Assembly (NCBI GenBank): GCA_046563655.1
Contig: CM102290.1
Location: forward strand, 1,860,001 to 1,924,000
Direction: 5' to 3'
DNA: 64,000 nucleotides
DNA from: Yuukianura sp. NJ FZ-2021
Taxonomy: Eukaryota
Shown: in pieces, positions 1 to 12,199 of the stretch
Position numbering within the stretch: position 1 is the stretch's first letter
Layout: every line of letters begins with the position of its first letter
Translations under genes and position numbers: made by a program
The notes under the pieces: generated by a model
Seen by the model: only the letters and a program-made list of their open reading frames with translations
Databases searched by the model: none
Told to the model about the DNA's origin: nothing

Positions 1-199
1 ATTGACTTTGCAGTATCTTAGATTCTATCAACAAATTCCCAACAGCCTGGTGAAGTTAAACTTAATTAATGGAATAATTAACCATTATAATTAATTGAAT
101 GTCGAATCAAGTAGAATTGAGTTAAAGTGCAGTATACGTAAGTTTGAATGTGTTAAGTCGTATGAAAATGGCGAGTACGTTGAAAACGAAAGGAAAAAC

Positions 200-370
200 G
201 GTTGAAGTAAGTTCTGTACTCACTCATTGTACCCCTGTTAACATTAGCAACGAAATTCAAAAAAAAATTAAGTTTCGTTGTACCCTTGTACCCGCAAGTT
301 TGGTTTAAAAATTTCCCGCGCGCTATTTAACTTATTAGGGGAGGGTACACCGTGAAAGCTTACTTCAACC
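200..370. mobile_element. MITE with GGTTGAAGTAAG terminal inverted repeats (same family as 33497-33794)
   Basis: Perfect 12-bp TIR (200-211 / 359-370). Subterminal TTGTACCC and internal AATTTCCCGC motifs are shared with the 33497 copy. TSD not convincing. Confidence 0.65.
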
Positions 371-467
371 AAAAAAAAGAGGATTTCCGGAAACAAACAA
401 AAACTGAAAGGGAACTTCACCAGTGAAGTTTTGGTAATTTCGGCCCACCCTTGTATTCTTTTCTTAC

Positions 468-2988
468 GAAGACGATCCGCTGGCTCTATGGTAACATCAT
501 GGATGATGTCTACAACTGCTGTATAGTACCCGTCCTTGAGTGCCCTACGCAGTACTTTGAACCTCTCCACACCAACAGTCTCAATTACTGAGCGCCCATC
601 AGCAAAATACTGGACATTTTTTATCTCAAGCACAGTTCCGTGGTCAGCGTAGTTGTTCTCACCCTCTTGACTGTAAGAGCACATTCCGAATCGTCTCGTT
701 CCACTTTCCATTGCACGCCGAATCATGAGACGATACCTAGGCTCGAAAGCATGAAGAGGACAAGGAACAGTAGGAAACCCAACGGTACACACAAATATTG
801 GGATTTCTAAACCACGACCGGAACTACTAGCAGTTTCTAGTTCCTCCTGATGCTGTCGAATCCGTTCCTCCAGTTCGTCAGGCAAAAATTCCTCCATGGC
901 CATTTCAATAAAGTAAGTTGCATAACTGTACTGTCCAATCCAACCTTCCTCTTCGAGTATCGTTTTACAAAGAGGGCAAGAACTAGAGTGGTCAAGACTT
1001 CGTGCCAAGCAGGATCGACAGAAAGTGTGTCCACAAGTTGTTGTAATTGGTTGGTACAGAAGTCGGTAGCAGAGGGTACATTCGAAGTCGTTGGCCGAAA
1101 TTAGTGATCGATCCACTGTACGTAATGCTGGACTTCGACGATACGGTAACCATTCGATACTTTTCGGACATCGTGGTTGATCCGATACTGTCTTGGTTCT
1201 TTCAATAACTTCTCGCTGAATTCGTTTCGTTTCTTGTACGGCACGACTAAAGAGTCGATGCGTTCTTTGTACATTTTGCTCTGGAATGGAAACGGAGCCG
1301 CGGTTTCTTTGAATCAATCTTCTTCGGATTGGTCGAAATGGGGTTCTGGTGCCATCAGCGATCGGTCTGATGTTCGTTCCAAGGTGAGTTGGACGACTGA
1401 TGGTGCGGTCACGGCGAATAAGTGAACCTGGCGATCTAGATGTGGTGGTGGCACGTCGAATTCCGACGGCGCTACTGCTACCTCCGGTTGATTGCAGGAA
1501 AATTTTGTGTAGCACTTTCATTAGTTCGCATTTGAGTGGAACTACGGCGGTATCGTCATTGACTTTAGTTGCTTTGACTAGGTAGAGACAGACTGTGAGT
1601 GTTGTAAATGCATCTTCATACCGCCCAAGTGAACCCAATGTTACAGCCTTCCGAAAGTAGCCTTTTACCCATACTGGACATGATTTAATCGCAGCTTCAG
1701 CGTCTATCAGTGCCTCTTCACTCCTGCCCAGCGTCAGTAAAATCTGTGATCGATTTCCAAGTGATAAGTGGTCATCCTGACCTACAATTTACAAAGAAAT
1801 TAATTAAATTAGATAACGGCCAGACAGACAGACAAGGTCGATTCATAAAGTAGAAAAACGTTTAAACGAGACTACGAGAAACGTTTAAAAAAAGTGAAAA
1901 TACGATCGATTCACATACTTTCAGCAAAACTGTCTTTAAATTTAAGTTGAACATAAAATTTTAAAATGTAAAGTGCACTGGAAAATAACTTCTAATTTTT
2001 AAAGTGGGTGAAGGGTGATGCTAAAAACTGAAAAGTTGAAATGATGTTTGTCCCTGACATTTGTGTCAACAATTGAAACTACTATTAACTGCACCAATGT
2101 TAGTTGATTCTGACCTAACTATCGTGTAATTGATTAGTATGTAATTAGAAAGTAATTGGACTTACAAATATTAATTGCTTGAGAGTACTTGTCGAGTGCT
2201 TCCTCTCCTCTGTTTTCCTCAAACATTTCGTTCCCTTCGTTTCGTAGGTTTTTGGCCGAAACGTAATTCGGCCACCATTTCTCCACTATGAATTGAATTA
2301 GAACGTTGACCTTGGTTTGCCCAACATCCTTGGTTCCCAAAATGTGCTTGCACCGACGACAAGTCTTCCCGGCCTTTTCCTTGTGAAGACACTTCCGACA
2401 GTATGAATGACCACAACGGACTGTAACAGGATCAATAAATATTCCGTAGCATACTGGACATGAAAAGCTGTCCACTTGCACTATACTTCCGGTTGTTCGA
2501 CTCGTACATCCTGGACTCACTGGTGGCGTAACGACGGTTATAATTACTTTCTCACAGTAGAAATTAACAAAGTCTCTGAGTTCATCACTGTTGTAGGTCA
2601 CAGGGGATCGATACAGTTGAATAAGCGAATTGATTCCAGATTTCAGCGTTTCGTCGTCAGGAGATGGATTGAGTGGATCCACGAATCCTTTTAAGCCAGT
2701 GATCACTTCACTCCCGGGTTCTTCTTCAGTACTTATTAGGGTATTTACACATGCGCTGGAGGGGAGAGTTCCAAATGAGTAGTACCTTCCTTCGATCAGT
2801 TCTTGTCCAATAATAGTAGATGGCGACGATCCAATGTCTGCAATTACAGCCTGGAGGTGTGACATACTTCCGCTACTGTCGACATCATCGCTCATGCTTT
2901 TACACCGTACCCGTAGTCGTGTACTAGTGCTATTAAGTCCAGACATTTGGGAGTCGGATAACCCCGACTCCTTGGGTTTCAGTTTCAT
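468..2988 (-). CDS. LONRF: LON peptidase N-terminal domain and RING finger protein (LONRF-like E3 ligase), 3' end incomplete
   Basis: Exons 2988-2166 and 1781-468 join in phase 1 at GT-AG sites. Domain order: RING (CPVC...CGHSYCRKC), TPR-like region (GNEMF...YSQAI...GNRSQ...KGYFRKA), second RING (CTLC...CGHTFCRSC...CPLC), LON-N domain (PCPLHAFEPRYRLMIRR...FGMC). Donor GTAAGA at 467; the remaining exon(s) probably lie off-window. Confidence 0.9.
1809..1853 (-). repeat. Fragment of the Helentron/HINE-like family seen at 49562-50342
   Basis: GGCCAGACAGACAGACAAGGTCGATTCATAAAGTAG is near-identical to 50275-50326 apart from microsatellite length. It lies in a LONRF intron. Confidence 0.7.
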
Positions 2989-3125
2989 TACCCCAAGGGT
3001 CCCACAAACAAAATATGTCAGAAGTGTATTTGCGAATAATAGGCGCAGTTAAATGTCGTTTGTCAAACCGGTTCTTTCGTTCTTGAGACTAACTCCATTA
3101 GTTGTCTAATTTTATGGTTTGCGTA

Positions 3126-3865
3126 CCGTCAATTTCCGAATAGTACATTTCTTTAAGGAGGGATGGTGGTGGTGGTGTATACTACTAATAGTAATTAGTA
3201 AAAAGGAGGATGGTGATTATAGGAAGGTGTGTTGTATTATATCCTGATCAAAATTTACCACAAATCACCTAAGGAAAACCAATCGAAGAAACAAATTCCC
3301 GGAAATTGTGAACTAATTAATAATAATAATTTCTTAGTTTTCGACCCATTATGTTACAAGTTTTCAGAACCGTTTTACCAGGGACGATTCTCAACTACGG
3401 TACTTTTCCATCAAAATGTGCATTTTGCTATTGAAGCTAGGAACAGAGGAACTCCTTCGGGAAACTCGCGAAGTTCGTTTAATGGAGATAAAAATCTCAA
3501 TAAACTCAGTTTTTTATGCTGATTACGAATTTGTAATTAGTTTTGACCGCTCGATAACCTAACTTAACCTAACCTAACTTTAACTAAAATGTGCCCCCAT
3601 GTATGAGATAGGGAGAAGTGGGATGCCCAGAGCTGTTGCTCTGAGTGAAGGTGCAATTCCCTATCTCTCCCATAGAACCTTCGCGAGTTTGCCGAAGATA
3701 AGCCGGAACAGATCAGGTACGACAAGAAGTGGGGTGTACTGTACCATTCCGGACGGTGTGCTACCTAATTAATTTTTGGCCAACTGATGGCGGTGTGCTA
3801 ATATAGGGAGACGGTGTATTGTTCGGAACTTCCGAACCGGGAGTGTACTATTTGGAAATTTACGG
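3126..3865. mobile_element. Tc/mariner-type (pogo/Tc2-like, CCGT-ended) non-autonomous element with an internal inverted repeat
   Basis: Left TA|CCGTCAATTTCCGAATAGTACA versus right end reverse complement CCGTAAATTTCCAAATAGTACA (20/22). Right flank is CA rather than TA. Subterminal GGTGT(A/G)CT repeats. Internal 18/19 IR at 3455-3473 / 3679-3697. Confidence 0.6.
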
Positions 3866-5487
3866 CAATTCTTTATAAAAACGTCTAGATGCTTACAGCT
3901 GTTGGACTGTTGTTGCTGATCAACTTGATCTTTGTTGCTGGATCTTAGATTTAGTGTGTTCCAGGTGAAACCGAATGTAAATATTTGTGTCCAGAATTCC
4001 AGCAAAATCCAGGAATACCTATGCAAATGAAAGACAGACAGCATATAAGAGAATATAAGTGGGTGGCTGTTGTTCGTGGTGGCTCCAGTAGTAGGCTTCG
4101 CAATAAAAAAAAAAGTTATGTTACATAAACCTTGTAGGACATAGGAAATGCAGAACTATGGGCGTGTAGTGATGCTAATGCTAGTAGACCATAAAAATTC
4201 CCACTAAAAGGATACGTTAAAACTTTAAAATTCAGCAGTAATCAATTAACGTTAAACACTTAAAACCGTAACATGGGCAGTACTGTGTAGTTTGTTTAGG
4301 TTGCGTAGCGGTCGTTGTAAATTTAAATCCACTCTTTAGAATCAGCCATGAAACTTAAAAACCCTGGTGGTGAGTCAACGCCAAGAGAATTTATTTGTTC
4401 TCAAAATAATAGAATTATGTACCATATATAATTTGCGTTGTATAACAAAAAAAATCGTTTCGAATCTAAACAACAAAATTCAAACGCGAATTTTATATCC
4501 CATTAAATAACTACCATTATTTTCGAAAATTATTGATTACGTATATCTTGATTTGGTTTATTTCAACTTTTTAATGGATTACGTCTCTCAAAACACGAAA
4601 CAAAAACCCTGCATATAAATTAAATTATAGTATTTACAGGTAAAATTGTAAAGTTTTCGTGTTCACTTGGGCCAATACTTTTTCTCTTCATAATTTTTCG
4701 TAATTTTGGATTAAAATTGTGATAAATAACACACGAAAGATGATGTTTGTCATCACGTAAGACAAAAATTTCCGGAAACCCTTCAAATTTTCAAACACAT
4801 TGATTTTGCTCAAGCAATGTTTTCAAATCGGGCAAAATTATTTTTAAAAAAAAGTTTTGGTCGGGCTAACATAAAAAAAAAGATAATAAAATTTTTTGGT
4901 CAGACTTACACCATATGGCGGCGCTTGTATTGGAACTAAAAACGTAATTTTTAAGTATAAAACGATATTAAAAGCTAAAAAGTTGCTGCTAAAAACGTTT
5001 CTTGGAAAAGGATAAACTCCAGCATGATTATAAATGTGTTTTTAAAGAAGGAAATCAAGCTTAGCACGCTTACTCACAAAAGATACAAACCAAATCTTAA
5101 CTTAATATAATCAATTAACTTAATAATATAATAAATGTAACATCTGTGTAAAAAGAATGGAATTACAGTTAATAGTAGTTGTAATGCCTAAAAACTTGTT
5201 CTTTGTTTAAAAAAAGACGACTCTTTTCTTCTGAGGCACCATTTGGGTAAATATAAGCAATATTTTGTACATCAACAGAGTTTGCGCTTTAGCAGCTTAA
5301 TTTGCATTTTTTACAAAGTTTCACTTTTGTTTTCAAAAATTGAACCCTTGCAAATGGAATACTCAAGTTCGAGTCTCCGGTTTACGGTATGTGGAACATT
5401 AGTTTTCAAAAATTCCCAAAGTTGTTTAGCTGGAGAAAAATCATTGTGGATTTGTTAAAGATTGGTGCAGTTTGGAAAAGGAATGGT

Positions 5488-8400
5488 TCAGATCCTAGGT
5501 TTGTACGTAAGAGAAACTTGGAAGGCTTGAACATCAGTGTTTGGAGTGTTTTCTTTTGAAAAGACTTCTGCCTCTCTCGGATGCTGTTGTTGGTCCAGAG
5601 TTGGTCCAACTTCAACTGGGACAAAGGCAGCATGAGGGTCATCTTCCGCTCCGGAATTAGTTCGGCTCAGAGGTATCATTGTAGAACAGTCGTGAGGAAC
5701 AGTGTAGCTATCGTCAATTGTGACGTTGGTGAGGCCAGAGTCGTTGCCAGTAGTAACAGTGGAGGAGGGATGCTGCGAAACAGAAAATGTGGCCCAAGTG
5801 CTTGGGGAAGGAGACGGCTTTGTATTTGTGTTGCCACTGGATCCATTTTCTTTGTTCTTCTTTTTACTGGAAGTTCTTCGAACGAGTCGTCGTTGTTTCT
5901 CTTCAAATGAACCTCGGCGGACGAGTTGCTTGAGTGTATCGGGTTTTCCAATGAACAAACCCCCAGCTACAAAAAATCAAAATTTGACTTTTAGTGAGAA
6001 CACAAAACTTAAAATTTTTTACAAATTTTGAACTTGTGTAATGTTTGTCTTACGCTGTCGATTGACATTTGGTTCTTCCCTGGGAGTAAAAACTTGATTC
6101 GAAGATGATGAAACGTCTACGGGTACAAGGGCAGATTTTGTATTGGCGGATGACGGAGATAGAAACCAATCAGAGCGCGTCTTCATTCTAGCTACCTGTC
6201 GTTCATACACCTGAAAATTAGTTCAACAGTTCAAAACCATTTCATACACAAAGAAAAAACATCAACATGAATAAGCATGCAAGAAGGATACATATACATA
6301 GGGTGTTAAGAGCAACAAGGTCATAGGTCAAGTCACAATGGCCGCCGGTTGGTTAGCATTATGATGAGCCGTTCATACTACAAAAAGCGTCACTGTTTAA
6401 GAAAAAAACGGTGTTGATTTTTAAATAGTTTTAAAACACACCCCACCAAAGTTCCCTTTGTAAAAAAGACACACAGTAAAAGCCTGGTTGATAAAAAAAA
6501 ATTTACAGAAAAAATTTACTAAAAAGTTTTTTCAAGCCAATTGGGAAACACATAACAAGAAAAGCGGACGAAATGACTGTTTTTTTCTTTTTTTTTTGAA
6601 AAAAAATTGTTGCAAAACCATGTTTGGTGACGGTGTGAAAGTGAAGTACCTGTGGCAGAACCATGAGACTTTTTGTACGTGCTGAAAAGTGATTTAGAGC
6701 TCTGACCTCCGCCTTTCCACCGCTGTTTGACCACGGCGGTGACTCACCAAATGTGTCCTTTGTATACAAAGAAAAAGTGAAAGTAAATGAGATGAAGTTC
6801 TAAAAAATAAAAGATGCCGGATGACTTAAAACAAAAATTTTAAAAAAGTTTGAAAAAAGTGAAAAACAAGAAAATGTGTTTCATCTGGTGGGGTGTGTGA
6901 AACAATTTTCTGAAATTGTGAAAATTGTGGCATGTCTAAAAAACGGTGAAATTAAAGCAACGACTCTTCCGGGCGAGAAATAAGTTCATTTTTTTACTAA
7001 ATAAGATTCAACAGTAACGAAAAGTTTGAAAAGTAAAAAGTAAAAGTTAGAAAATTGTGTTTTGTTGGAATGGAGAGATTGGATTCACCTTAAACAGTCA
7101 AGTTTCAAGATGTTTCCTTATTTCATTGCTTGACTACATAACTATAAGTTTGGAATCGGTGATAAAAACAGTTTAAAAAAGTTGAATTGTGACACAAGGC
7201 GTTTTCATACCTTGAAGACCTCGGTGTCGTCCAGGCTCACACTGAGTCGAGTATAACTGCCTATACGATTGTTCTCTGGAATGATTGTGAGAGAGGCGCT
7301 TGGTTCAGAACAGTCAAAGTCCTCTATACCCTCGGTATCCGTTGATGCTCTCATTAGTTCTGGAGTAGAGTGACAATCGTCATGCTGGCTCATAGCTAAA
7401 GTCACAAACACAAGTCAGCTGTTTTACGGTAAGTTAGTATATTACCAAAATCCGGGTATTGTTTACTAACGGGAAGCAAAACTGTCTGGCGGAGTCCGGA
7501 AACTAACAATCCAGTCTTCGTCCACTTTCAGAATTCGTCCCGTAATTCTCGCGTAGTATTCGTAATTTTCACGTCCAAATAAATTGCTCACGCCGAAATT
7601 TTCAATAAGAAACTTCATGATTTGAGTAGCAACCTAAATTGAATGTTTTTGGTTACGGATTGTAAAAAAAAGTAAAGGAAATTATGAATGGTCTACCTTG
7701 TATCTCAACACATCTTCCATTTTTGCAGTAGCTCCATCGGAGACACAGCTTTGGAAAAAAGAAGGTGCCACTGAAACACCTATAGCTTCTGCAGTCATTC
7801 CAGTTTCTGATCGTTCTGCATTCGTGGCGACAATTCGAAACGTACCAAAAAGGAGCACAATGAGTCGCTGTGTCGTCAGTGGCAGTGATGAAATCAATCT
7901 AAAAACAGGAAATTAACTTTACTTAAAAATCAAATGCTTGACCAAGAACGTAAAAAAGATTGACTTACGATTGTACTTGTTCTCTTCGCTCTTCAATGTT
8001 TTCCATTTCGATCATGTTGAACAAAAGTTGTTCCCCTTGCTTTCCAAAAATCCCATCAGGAATTTTACGTAAAAACTTCTTAATGACGGATGCAATCGTG
8101 TACACAGAGAAATTGTCTATATTAACAAGTCGTCCGTTTTGGAGGAAATGAATCAGCTTTTTCACATTTCCAAGGTGTCCAGGAGCCCGGAAGATGTCTT
8201 TCTTGTAGGGCGCCTGTTTGTTCAGTTTTAAGATCAGTACCTAGAAAAATAAACCAAGATAATAACGTCATAAATTGCAAACCTCAACGCATTAGACAAC
8301 AATAAGTTGCTCTCAATTCTCAATGTGGTTTTATTACCAGAAGTGGACCAGGAATGTCATTCTTGAATACTTCTTCCAACGGAACTCCAAATTTGACCCT

Positions 8401-8849
8401 AAACCCAACAAAAACAGAAAATCATTATTCAATACTGCTTAAATATCCGTGACTCATCGACTTCTTCGTAGAAATTTCTCCGACACCTCTCAAACCCCAA
8501 GCACAATGGCTATTACAAAACGTTACGAAAGTGTTTCAACTGAACCATGTCATGATTCACAGCAGACACAGCACACGCAGACACATGAATTGAATTTGAA
8601 AGAAATATACACAAATACATTAATTAATTGATTTGAAACTGACCAGAGGTCATGCTGTAAACAATTGACCTTAATATATTTCACGCATATGTTGTTACTG
8701 TATCGTTATACATATGGTCCTCACCTTGCAATCTGATACTTTCCATTGTCAGGCGTAAAGAGTCCACTTCCACAGTCACACAAATGGAAATTGTTCCCCG
8801 TAAATCCATCCTGGAGTGCCATATTTCGGGTATCCCTTTCTCTGGACAT
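5488..8849 (-). CDS. RhoGAP-domain protein
   Basis: Approximate exons 8849-8725, 8399-8338, 8240-7969, 7898-7697, 7633-7471, 7395-7211, 6757-6748, 6681-6650 (or fused 6757-6650), 6210-6054, 5966-5488. Motifs RVKFGVPLEE, KDIFRAPG (arginine finger), IASVIKKFLRKIP, MTAEAIGVSVAPSF. Start codon uncertain. Confidence 0.85.
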
Positions 8850-10160
8850 ATTTCGAAGACGTTTTGGGATCACTTTCTGTTTGTCGTCCCGTCTGTTCTG
8901 CCTGTCGTCATATCTTCAAGATGAATCCATGTCAGTCGAAGTAGGGGTAGACTACTTACTAAGTGATCTAATTAATAATCAACTAACTAAACTAAAGAGT
9001 CACTGCCCTGTAAGACAGCGTAACAGGAATTGAGTCAATTGAGAAATGAATGGATGATGATGAGGAGATGGGAGGAGGCCACAAATCTTCCCCTGCTTTT
9101 CGCACTGTGGAATTTAATTGAACCAAATTGTTTTTTTTTCTGCTTGTTTACTTATATGGAATTTACGCGCGGAACTAAATTTCAAATCACGTGAGCATTC
9201 GGCTATGAGGGGAAAAGGGGTGCAGAACGCTTAAACCTGCACGCACTAAACACTTTTTCTTCATGTGTTACATGTAAATCAATTAATTAAAGTAATTAAC
9301 TGGAATAATAATTTGTAAATAAAGTAGTTTCCAGCGGTTACATATAATAATTCACAAGACCATTATATAAAAATAATTCAAAACGTTAGGCAACGATCTG
9401 GGTACTTTGTATGAGGGGAGAATTGCTGTGAAAAAAAGTATGGTGGCGTAAATCGTCCACGAAACGATTCCTCAAAAAACAGTTGACATTGTCCAATATA
9501 CGTACTAGAGGCGTATTTGCTTTGGGAACAGAAACTATTTAAGGGACCGAAGAGGCCCCTTTTTCTATGTAAAACTGCATGAAGAACGAACAAGAAGTGC
9601 TTCTGACGCAAATGCGGCTCTAGTATTTTCAAAATTAGTTTTTAAAATGAATGATCTGGATAGTCGTCTTTTTAAGAAAAAAAAATTAATAGCACAAAGT
9701 TTTAATCGATTGAATTCTCAGACACCATTTTTGATCGTAGCGCTTACAATTTATGTTGGGCGGCTGCAGTAGGGGCAAATTTACCAATATTAATGGTAAA
9801 TGATCCTCTAGCGCCAATGTAAATAAAGGAGGGATACTTAATTCTAATTCTAATACGTCGAAGATAGGTAATAGGACTTTGCTATTATGAAAGAGAGACT
9901 TTTAGGTTGAGTTTGATGAAAGACATTAATTAATTTTTAGCAACTCTAATAGTATTAGGACTTATGTGTAGTATTCTTAGAAAATGGAGCCGTGATTTAT
10001 CTTATGTTAACGTAGCGCCAGAAGGTTACCTAAGTAATTTTGGTTGAATGTTGTGATGAAGTTTCGTCTTGCTTTTTCTTCCTTCGTTTGTCGCAATTGC
10101 TTAGAGGAAGTGAAATGACATGTAGCTCGAGTTGCGATTCGTAATTGTTCCGAAACGTAT

Positions 10161-11417
10161 TTAGCTAAAACTACTCAAATTGGTAACGTGTGGTGCGGGG
10201 GTAGGAGTAGGCGCTGGGGTTGGTGCGGGTGTATTTCCACTGCCACCGATGCAGGATCCCCAAAGGAGCCCTCCGCAGGAGATGGAAATGATGATGTAGA
10301 TAATCAGCTGAAAACCATTTAGACATTTGAAATCAAGTTGAAAAGCTAAAAAGTTGAGTAGTTAAAAAGCGACCGTTACCAAACAGATGGCAGCCACAAT
10401 GATTGAAAACTTGACATTCCTCCAGTACATTGCATTGGCCACATTTCGACTTGTTTTACGAAAAGACACAGACTGAAAGGACAAAAATCTTTTAGCATTT
10501 AAGGATTAGGTTTCACTAATTGCAATTTTTTTTAAATTACAGCAGCGTTCAGGTTCTCAGCTTTGTTGACCAGCAATTCAAGATGTTCGCCTCGTGCTGT
10601 GATGTTGTCTACAAAGAAAAAGCATAGAATTTAAAAGTCCTTAGAAACATAAAGGGAGTAATCTGGACCGATTATCTATTTCCATTTCAACAACTCCTAT
10701 TCAGTACTTAGGTTGTAGTTGTGGACATGACTTGACTCAGCAAATGGGAAGTTTTGGACTGGCTTATCCCTTGTTAAACTGACCCAAAACCTAATTTAAG
10801 CATAAATCGACCTTGGCCTGCCCTACACTCACCAATATTTTTCACCATGATGTTCTTCACGTCCTGAAGGTCATTCTGGACTCTTGAAATAGCATCCAAG
10901 TCTCTAGCTTCCGAGTAACGTTTCTAAAAAACGACGGATATTTTAAACGTGTCAATCAAAACCATGGTTTGATTGACAGTTGAATGTAACAACTCTCATA
11001 ATTACCATTTCCGATGACAAAAGACTTGCAAAATCCGTATTCATTCCATAGGGTAAGGCATCTCGGATTCTGGACAATCCATATGTGTTGACGAATCGCA
11101 TCTTGATGTCAGCCAAATACATGAATGCTTTGGACCTCTCGAAATCCTTCACATCAAATGAAACGTTAGATTAATTGTCCTTGAGGAATAATTTAGTAGT
11201 TTGTCTTATTTACGTCGTCCGTAATGCATAGATAGACGACTCCATCTGACTTGACATAGTGAAATAGAAATGACCCATGGGAGTATGTCAACCTGGAGTC
11301 CTCGGCTGGAATCTTGTTTAGCACTTGTTCCGTGACCTCTGAGAAGTTTCCAACACAAGCTGCATGTTTGACGAGGACAGTCGTTCCTCTGGCCACAACG
11401 GTGTACAAAATAGGCAT
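10161..11417 (-). CDS. Vamp7: Vesicle-associated membrane protein 7 (longin R-SNARE)
   Basis: Six exons (11417-11214, 11146-11006, ~10923-10833, ~10608-10541, 10472-10380, ~10307-10161). Longin N-terminus MPILYTVVARGTTVLVKHA, SNARE motif VKNIMVKNIDNITARGEHLELL, C-terminal TM segment then CGG. Confidence 0.95.
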
Positions 11418-12199
11418 AGTGGATAGTGGATCGTCTGAGGGACAGGCTAGAATGAACCTTAGAGTGTTAATTGGTTAATTGACACTAAAAATAACATGAA
11501 TTTGGGAAATACGCCTCAATTGAAACTTGTAAATCTAATACCCAAACACTACAACACAGAGAGAGAGCGAAGTTAGTACTACTACTGGGAAGTGAGACAG
11601 GTCAAGGAATGAGGTAGTAAAAGAGTATGAAGATGACGAACCACAACCACAGCAGGGCACAAATCCTCTTCTGCCTTGCGTTGTTGACAACTTTTGACTT
11701 TAACCTCCTTATGAACCCTAACTTGTTTGACAATTAATCTTAAGCTAAATTAAAAATAATCACGGTTGAAACGATACTCAAACGTTGCCCACAACTCAGA
11801 AAATTACCTGGATACGGAAACTGGATGTGGTTCTATTATTGTTTTTATCTTTACGTACAAAAATTTAACAAATTCGGTTTGTTAAACCTTTGTTTTACGT
11901 ATTGGGTGTGACCTTTGACCTCACCTAACGTAAATCGTTTGAATGACGATGCCCATGGATGATGGGTGAGCACAAAAAAATGACGAGAGAAACGATTTAC
12001 TAAGTTTGGCGAGTAGCAATACCTTGGAAGTCTATTTTATTTTTGAAATTTGTTCATTTTGATTTTTCTAGTATTTGGATTTCGGAATGTTGCTAAAGCT
12101 AGACGCTCCTTGTGCAACGGGTTTTGCTTGTTTGAGATGAGACGAACACGTAATGGGGTGCTAACGTAGTAGTAAGTTTAGTTTAGTTGAATGAGAATT

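Noticed and set aside
47..423. 11-bp inverted repeat CTGGTGAAGTT / AACTTCACCAG
   Set aside because: Too short, with no TSD and no second copy; could be chance.
268..467. C-terminal part of the 456-aa LONRF ORF (RKKRIQGW...)
   Set aside because: Read-through past the GTAAGA donor at 467 into intron and MITE sequence; LON-domain similarity stops there.
3555..3590. Degenerate (CCTAA)n run resembling the arthropod TTAGG telomere repeat (also ~20143-20170)
   Set aside because: Only a few imperfect units; more likely simple sequence within repeats.
11147..11150. Several AAG 3' splice acceptors (VAMP7, IMMP1L, RhoGAP, INPP4, WDR3)
   Set aside because: A handful among many introns is within the normal minority use of AAG. 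I saw no GC-AG or AT-AC introns among the junctions I checked.
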